Source of the DNA: an uncultured Candidatus Saccharibacteria bacterium
Lineage (GTDB): Bacteria; Patescibacteriota; WWE3; 2-01-FULL-39-13
Assembly: GCA_964370865.1 (NCBI GenBank)
Contig: CAYJKF010000002.1
Coordinates: forward strand, 20,719-84,718
Length of the DNA: 64,000 bases
Reading direction: 5' to 3'
The notes under the pieces are model-generated. The model was not told the origin of the DNA. It was given only the letters and a program-made list of their open reading frames with translations, and ran no database searches. Numbering within the stretch: position 1 is the stretch's first letter; each line of letters starts with the position of its first letter. This document shows positions 59,162 to 64,000 of this stretch, in pieces. Position numbers and translations under genes: made by a program.

Positions 59162-59923
59162 TAGATGTCGGATACGCGCTTCCGATAAGCAAAGATTTTC
59201 ATTGTAGGGATATTTATTATCTACTATTGGAAAAGTCACAAATGTCGTATTGTTCATTCTATTGAAAGCTACTCCATATGGCGCTCTTGCCCACCTTGAT
59301 GTGCTATTGTTGCTTGCGTGAGATATGCCAATTATCTGAGTAGTTCTTCCGTCCAGCACTATAGAAAGAGTTTCTACTGTATTAATACCAGAATATAAAT
59401 TTTTAAGTAAAGGATTTCTTCTGATCGAGTAGGCGCCTTCAGGTCTAATGGAAAAATCTATTACACTTGTATTGTAATCGTTAGAGACTGTAATTGTATA
59501 AGACGTGTTCCAGTAGATATTTGGAAAAATGTTTGATTCAATAAGTATTTCACCTTTCCTAAAATTACTTATGACATCATTATTTAAGAACTCTTCTGCG
59601 TAAGTATATAAACTATCTGGATTATGTAGATAATGCGGTAAGTTATTATCTTTTATAGTTACCAGGTTAGTTCGACCTCGAAGTTGGGTTGGAGGAGAAT
59701 AAGGAGCTCTAATCCTATCTTTCAAAATCTCATCAAGGAAGGAAAGTTGCTCAGTTTCTGGAAAAGGTGCCGGAGCGTAGTATTTCAAGACTTCCTCATT
59801 GATTTCTGAAGTTGTATCATCTGGGAAAACCTCAACGGGATCTAATTGACTGACTTGCTCTCTTAAGAATTCCACATCGGAAGCTGCATATTTATCAATA
59901 ATCGCGGAGGTTTCGAAGTCCAT
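59123..59923 (-). CDS. Hypothetical soluble protein
   Basis: 266-aa ORF, acidic N-terminus, TATAAT(-) at 59934-59939; no recognised motif. Confidence 0.6.
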   Translation of the reverse strand: MDFETSAIIDKYAASDVEFLREQVSQLDPVEVFPDDTTSEINEEVLKYYAPAPFPETEQLSFLDEILKDRIRAPYSPPTQLRGRTNLVTIKDNNLPHYLHNPDSLYTYAEEFLNNDVISNFRKGEILIESNIFPNIYWNTSYTITVSNDYNTSVIDFSIRPEGAYSIRRNPLLKNLYSGINTVETLSIVLDGRTTQIIGISHASNNSTSRWARAPYGVAFNRMNNTTFVTFPIVDNKYPYNENLCLSEARIRHLLDVFSGKSKYQH

Positions 59924-60001
59924 AATTAGGAGAATTATACTATAGGTTAGAAATGATGCAAATACGTGTACTTGGTATACCCGTTACGTTACAATTACGA
60001 T

Positions 60002-61573
60002 GTGTTTAGACTACCTTCAATCAAAGGATTTTTATTATATTTAGGAGTATTTTTCATATTTCTAATACCACGTGTTTCTAATCTTGGATCCGATATAGCT
60101 AATTTTGATGCAGTGCATTATTGGTATCCGAGGATTGAAACATTTAATGAGGCAATTCTTGAAGGCCGGTTTGCTGATACCTATGTAACATATCATCCTG
60201 GCACGACAATGCTTTGGTTATCTGGTGCTGGCAATTTGGCATTCCAAAAGTATTTTGAATATAAACATAATTTCAATCCAATCGACATTCCACATCAATT
60301 TACTCGTGTCCAATTTGCATCAACATTCCCGATTGTATTTGTAATTTCATTGCTTGGATTAATAAATTATTTAGTCTTAAAAAGATTAGTTGGAAAACCG
60401 TATGCACTGATATTTGTCGTTTTATTAAGTGTTGAACCTTTCTTTCTAGGAATAAGTAGATTTTTACACTTAACTGCGCTTTCAACTATGTTTGGGTTTA
60501 CATCATTATTGTTTGCTGTTCTAGCTACTAAAGTTCGGCAGAAAAAATATCTAGTTATCGCTGGAATAATGTTAGGGCTAGGAGTGGCTACAAAAATTTC
60601 CGTAATAATATTTCTTCCTATTATCGCGTTATATTTATTGGCAGAATTTATAAGGTTTAGAAAAATCAAATTTATTCTCATTTCATCACTATTATTTGTT
60701 TTAACAATGGTGGTTACATTTGTTGTAGTAAGTCCCTACATGTGGGTTTCACCACTTCAGAGTTTAAATAAAATTTATGTGGATGGAATACTTGAGACTG
60801 CATTAGATGATAGTGGTGGTTTATCATTATCGAAACAGCCATATTTATATTATTTGGAGCAGTCTTTTTATAGGTTAGCTCCTTACACTTTCGTTCTATA
60901 TTTGTTGGGAATATTCTTAATCGTAAAGAATTATGTTCAGAAGAAACCTCAATCAAGATTGTATCTTGCAGTATTAATTTATTTTATTGTTTACTATTTA
61001 GCCTTGTCTATTCCTAGCAAACTAAAAGATCGATACTTAGTTGAACTAATTCCTTCTTATATCATTTTTGCGACGTACGCATTCACGGCCATTTATAATT
61101 CATTAGCAAAAACAGGAAGGATAGTTATGTTAACTATAGTCGGACTGTTAATTTTGCTAAACCTATACCGATACTATCCGGTTTATTCATTTTATTTTAC
61201 TGATTTTGTTGGTGGACCAGCTGGAATCGAGAAATTAGGTTTACCAGTTACCAATCGCGGGGAATATTATATTCAAGCCGCTCTTTATATAAATGAAAAA
61301 GATGGAGCGGTTGATGATAACGTTTATTTCTTAAACGACGCAAAGCTCCCAACTTTCTCTACGGCTTTTATAGGTAAAGCGTATGCGGATGTTGGGAATT
61401 TAGAAGACAATGCCCAGGTTCACTATGTAGTTGGACATAAAAGAAGTGACAGTTATATTCCAAGAGATAAATGTAAATTAGAAATTTCTTTTGGACCACA
61501 TAATCCTTTTGGATATGGCGAGGTGGAAGTTTACAGATGTGCGGGTGCAATTAAAGAGGATTTTCAGAATTAA
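60002..61573 (+). CDS. GT-C membrane glycosyltransferase, 'YHPG' sub-family
   Basis: SDIANFD, YHPGTTMLW, VEPFFLGISR..HLTAL, VATKIS, SKLKDRYLVE, NRGEYY; GTG 60002 lies 6 nt after TACAAT (59990-59995). Confidence 0.8.
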   Translation: MFRLPSIKGFLLYLGVFFIFLIPRVSNLGSDIANFDAVHYWYPRIETFNEAILEGRFADTYVTYHPGTTMLWLSGAGNLAFQKYFEYKHNFNPIDIPHQFTRVQFASTFPIVFVISLLGLINYLVLKRLVGKPYALIFVVLLSVEPFFLGISRFLHLTALSTMFGFTSLLFAVLATKVRQKKYLVIAGIMLGLGVATKISVIIFLPIIALYLLAEFIRFRKIKFILISSLLFVLTMVVTFVVVSPYMWVSPLQSLNKIYVDGILETALDDSGGLSLSKQPYLYYLEQSFYRLAPYTFVLYLLGIFLIVKNYVQKKPQSRLYLAVLIYFIVYYLALSIPSKLKDRYLVELIPSYIIFATYAFTAIYNSLAKTGRIVMLTIVGLLILLNLYRYYPVYSFYFTDFVGGPAGIEKLGLPVTNRGEYYIQAALYINEKDGAVDDNVYFLNDAKLPTFSTAFIGKAYADVGNLEDNAQVHYVVGHKRSDSYIPRDKCKLEISFGPHNPFGYGEVEVYRCAGAIKEDFQN

Positions 61574-61574
61574 C

Positions 61575-63140
61575 TTACTTACATCTAAAAATATATACAA
61601 ACCCAAATCTACCAGGCCACCTTGGACCTAATTCTTTAACTTTTTCGCATCCTTCTGGAAAATCTTCGGTGTCGGTATAGTCAGTTGCATAGAAAAGATG
61701 CGAATACCTTTTTTCTTTTTCTTTTATCTCACCCGAGTAAGTTGTACCTAAAAATCCAAATGATGCGGATACATCTTTATTGCCCTCGGTAATTACTAAA
61801 ACTGTTTCTCTCGGATTAATATTTTTATCAGAATTTATGTACTGAGCAACCTGCAAATAAAATTCTCCATCGTTGTACGGTTTACGAATTTTGGAATATC
61901 CTGGCATCCAACCTAATAAATCTGTATGAAATGCAGAAAAATTTGGATAGAACATTTGTAGTGATATAAAGTAGTAAAGTCCAATAACTACAATCAAGAG
62001 TTTTTGGCCATATTTGTATTTATTTACCCATTCAAAGAGTTTGTATATGGAATATGAGGATATTAAGATTGCGAATGGATAAATAAGTGATGTATATCTT
62101 GTCATCTGTTTTGATGGAATACTCATGACCAAGAAATAATAAAAGACGTATACCATAGCCGTGGTTAAAACATATTTGTATGTTCTATCTTTTTCTTTAA
62201 ATAATAGAGGCATTCCAACAAGGAAGCTTAAAAAAGTAAGTCCAAGAGATTTAACAAAAAATAATTCAAAATAATATGTAATTTTATATTGCAATATTGA
62301 AGCGTGTGGGCCATCTGTAAAGCCTTTTCCTTCGACTCCTAGCACAAATATATTTCTAATCGTATTGATAGGGTCAATCCACATTAATGGCATAAGAATA
62401 AATAGTGAGGCAATGGTATAAACAAGCAGTATCGAAAAATATTTGATTGTTGGCAGTACTGATTCTTTAAGATTAGTTTTAAATACGTGTGTGGCGAAAA
62501 TTAGAATTCCTAACGCAGGCAAAAGAATGATTCCAGAGCTTTTGGTAAAGAAAGCAGATGCTAAAAAGAAACCTGAAAGAATAATAAAAAGTAACTTCTT
62601 GTTGTAAGTCCCATATAGGGCAGATGTAAATGAGGCGAACACAAAAGCACTTTCCAGTCCACTTAAATGGAAATAACGTGTGATTCCTAAATAAAATGGT
62701 TCCAGCGATAAACAGAGTGCAAAGAAGATCAAATGGGTCTTGTTTATTCCTAATTTCTTGAGTAGAAGAATGGAATAGGTAAGTAATAGCGATATTACAA
62801 AAACCAAAGGAAATTTTGCAACAAAGGATGTTAAATAAAATTGCTCGGGGTATACAAAGCCACTGGAGAGTTTAGGGGAATATCCGGCCATTTGTTCGAA
62901 AACCCAATAAAAGACTGCTTTGGATGTTCCACTTAGCCACATTAAAGTGATTCCTGGATGATAACTTTGAAATAACCCAGGCAAATCGCCATTAGAAAGA
63001 TTTTTAATAAATAAATCGCTTCGTATCATCCATCTTTGAGCATCTACGTTCCATTCATCCCAGCCTAATCCAATGACTCTTGGTATTAAAAATATTAGAA
63101 AAAATGTCAGGAACGGAAGAAATGTCTTAATTTTAATCAT
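61575..63140 (-). CDS. GT-C membrane glycosyltransferase, 'YHPG' sub-family
   Basis: WDEWNVD, YHPGITLMW, LEPFYLGITR..HLSGL, FTKS, SKQMTRY, NDGEFY. Confidence 0.8.
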   Translation of the reverse strand: MIKIKTFLPFLTFFLIFLIPRVIGLGWDEWNVDAQRWMIRSDLFIKNLSNGDLPGLFQSYHPGITLMWLSGTSKAVFYWVFEQMAGYSPKLSSGFVYPEQFYLTSFVAKFPLVFVISLLLTYSILLLKKLGINKTHLIFFALCLSLEPFYLGITRYFHLSGLESAFVFASFTSALYGTYNKKLLFIILSGFFLASAFFTKSSGIILLPALGILIFATHVFKTNLKESVLPTIKYFSILLVYTIASLFILMPLMWIDPINTIRNIFVLGVEGKGFTDGPHASILQYKITYYFELFFVKSLGLTFLSFLVGMPLLFKEKDRTYKYVLTTAMVYVFYYFLVMSIPSKQMTRYTSLIYPFAILISSYSIYKLFEWVNKYKYGQKLLIVVIGLYYFISLQMFYPNFSAFHTDLLGWMPGYSKIRKPYNDGEFYLQVAQYINSDKNINPRETVLVITEGNKDVSASFGFLGTTYSGEIKEKEKRYSHLFYATDYTDTEDFPEGCEKVKELGPRWPGRFGFVYIFRCK

Positions 63141-63187
63141 TATCTTAAATTATTATAAACGAATATTTGTTAAAATTTAGCAATCGA

Positions 63188-64000
63188 ATGACTAAATCTA
63201 ATTTGATTCTGTATATTATTATTTTTCTACTCTCCTTTATTTATCGTTTTTTTGCATATAAATTTATCAATATAGATTCCGATGAGGTAATGTGGTCGGT
63301 TATGGCTGATAATATTTTAAGAGGAGATAGGCATTATGTGTATTTTGCTACACAAAATTATACTGGCTCAATGGAAGCGTATATCCTTGCGATTTTTCAG
63401 TATTTCGGTTTGTTCGGAAACTCAATTTTGCGTATAAACTCCATTATTTTCGGATCTCTTACATCGGTTCTTTTATTCGTAATTACTAGGAAAGTTCTAA
63501 CAGATAAAATTTCAACAAATTTATCATATCTGTATGCTTCGCTGTCAGTAGTCATATATTCGGTAACCACGATCGCGAATCTGAATATTCATGCTAAGGC
63601 CTGGGGGAATTATGTGTTCATTGAATTCGCGTTTACTTTAATTCTATTATTATTTCTCTTATTCCTGGAAAAGAAAAAGATTGTATACATTATTCTAATT
63701 GGATTGTTAATGGCTTTATCCTTTTGGCTCAACATGCAGTCTCTTTCATTTATTGTTGGATTCATTTTTCTATTTTTCCTTAATGAGTTGATTAGTCTTA
63801 TAAAATGGAAGGAAATTGATAAACGTAGTGTCCAATCATATATTAGAGATTATTCGTTTCCCTTTGTAGTAGGTTTAAGTTCGATTTTGGTGTTTTATTT
63901 CATGGTTAGAAAGAGGATGTTCTATGATCCTATTTCAACCTTAATAAATAAGTTCGGAATCGATATTGGGGTACCGATAGATACATTTAGTATTCATTTA
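63188..64000 (+). CDS. 5' part of another GT-C membrane glycosyltransferase (runs off the window)
   Basis: ATG 63188, MTKSNLILY...NIDSDEVMW...QNYTGSMEAY..., acidic loop after TM1; extended -10 tgttaaaat 63168-63176. Confidence 0.7.
   Translation, partial: MTKSNLILYIIIFLLSFIYRFFAYKFINIDSDEVMWSVMADNILRGDRHYVYFATQNYTGSMEAYILAIFQYFGLFGNSILRINSIIFGSLTSVLLFVITRKVLTDKISTNLSYLYASLSVVIYSVTTIANLNIHAKAWGNYVFIEFAFTLILLLFLLFLEKKKIVYIILIGLLMALSFWLNMQSLSFIVGFIFLFFLNELISLIKWKEIDKRSVQSYIRDYSFPFVVGLSSILVFYFMVRKRMFYDPISTLINKFGIDIGVPIDTFSIHL

Noticed and set aside
973-61550. Many 60-140 aa ORF-track entries antisense or out of frame within long genes (e.g. 973-1398, 15692-16114, 56020-56403)
   Set aside because: Fully nested in well-supported CDSs, no motifs; typical shadow ORFs
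1-64000. CRISPR arrays, tRNA/rRNA, IS elements or prophage genes
   Set aside because: Intergenic gaps are at most about 120 bp; no periodic repeats, cloverleaf, transposase or integrase motifs seen by eye

Overview
A very gene-dense, AT-rich bacterial window using genetic code 11 (TGA is a stop). Gene content and architecture suggest a Patescibacteria/CPR-type genome; this is inferred, not proven. The first ~8.7 kb is a housekeeping and cell-division block: a membrane-anchored, degenerate Clp/Hsp100 ATPase, prfB (no frameshift), ftsE, ftsX, a coiled-coil protein whose M23 peptidase domain appears circularly permuted, and a CAP-domain protein. The remaining ~55 kb, running off the right edge, is one very large surface-glycosylation locus. 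It holds about 17 multi-pass GT-C-type membrane glycosyltransferase genes in recognisable paralog sub-families, including an O-antigen-ligase/ArnT double-module fusion. It also holds 6 GT2 (3 resembling polyprenyl-phosphate sugar synthases), 5 GT4 plus a degenerate GT4-like gene, 5 SAM methyltransferases, a Wzx-type flippase and ugd. Most transcription-unit heads have a TAnnnT -10 box 5-7 nt (sometimes 9-12 nt) upstream of the start codon with no Shine-Dalgarno, consistent with leaderless transcription. One divergent pair shares a single overlapping bidirectional -10. I saw no tRNA, rRNA, CRISPR array or transposase. Family assignments come from motif recognition by eye, not database searches.
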